Shown here in pieces: positions 63,717 through 64,000 of a DNA stretch of 64,000 bases. This DNA comes from Selaginella moellendorffii (lineage: Eukaryota; Plantae; Lycopodiophyta). How positions within the stretch are numbered: position 1 is the first letter of the stretch; the number at the start of each line of letters is the position of its first letter. The stretch covers positions 453,421 through 517,420 of the forward strand of contig NW_003314329.1 in the NCBI RefSeq assembly GCF_000143415.4, written 5' to 3'. The notes beneath the pieces were generated by a model. That model was not told the origin of the DNA and did not search any database. It was given only the letters and a program-made list of their open reading frames with translations. The position numbers were made by a program, and so were the translations under genes.

Positions 63717-64000
63717 GCATGAGGCCACATGCCATTATTCAAACATGCTATTGACACCCACGTGAAATTTCGCATTCACAAAATTGGCATGAGCCCTCAT
63801 GCCATCTTGATAAACACACAGCTACAGGCAGGTAAAGAAACTATTGGCAATATGCTAGTGATGAACTTGCAAGGCCCCAAGATGGCATGAGGCCTCATGC
63901 CATCTTGATATACACACAGCTGCAGGCAAGTAAAAACATACATGACAATACGCTAGCCATGAAATTGCAAGGGCCCAAGATGGCATGTGGCCTCATGCCA
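63717..64000. repeat. ~98 bp tandem repeat built around a palindrome, upstream of the transposase; runs off the window
   Basis: CAAGATGGCATGAGGCCTCATGCCATCTTG at 63878-63907 is a perfect 30 bp palindrome. Variants at ~63717, ~63785 and ~63976. Confidence 0.9.

Noticed and set aside
63717-64000. CRISPR-like array of palindromic repeats
   Set aside because: Spacers resemble each other (simple tandem repeat), the context is eukaryotic and there are no cas genes.

Overview
Eukaryotic plant nuclear DNA. It is most likely the lycophyte Selaginella (inferred from ~50-60 bp introns, the style of the PLS-PPR gene and the TE content; not verified). No CRISPR, rRNA or intact tRNA gene was seen. Layout: (i) 0.4-21 kb is a mosaic of shuffled gene fragments, several still carrying introns: NADH-GOGAT x3, organellar AlaRS, a BAHD acyltransferase, a PPR, tRNA-Phe 3' halves x2 and an unknown multi-exon gene x3. 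A recent but disabled Copia element (13209-17940) is nested in a chromodomain Gypsy remnant there. (ii) One intact intronless PLS-E PPR gene (21430-23952). (iii) 27.6-60.6 kb is a nest of two related non-coding Gypsy-derived LTR families, called 'L' and 'M' here, inserted into each other. (iv) 60.6-64 kb is a decayed Sola/DUF7869-type DDD transposase with two TnpA-like N-terminal domains and an upstream palindrome array. The most striking unexplained signal is in the 3' non-coding region of family M (52768-53174). It has two cloverleaf-like repeats whose stem sequences differ while staying paired, followed by five back-to-back hairpins, two with tRNA T-loop sequences. All calls are by eye; no alignments or folding programs were run.
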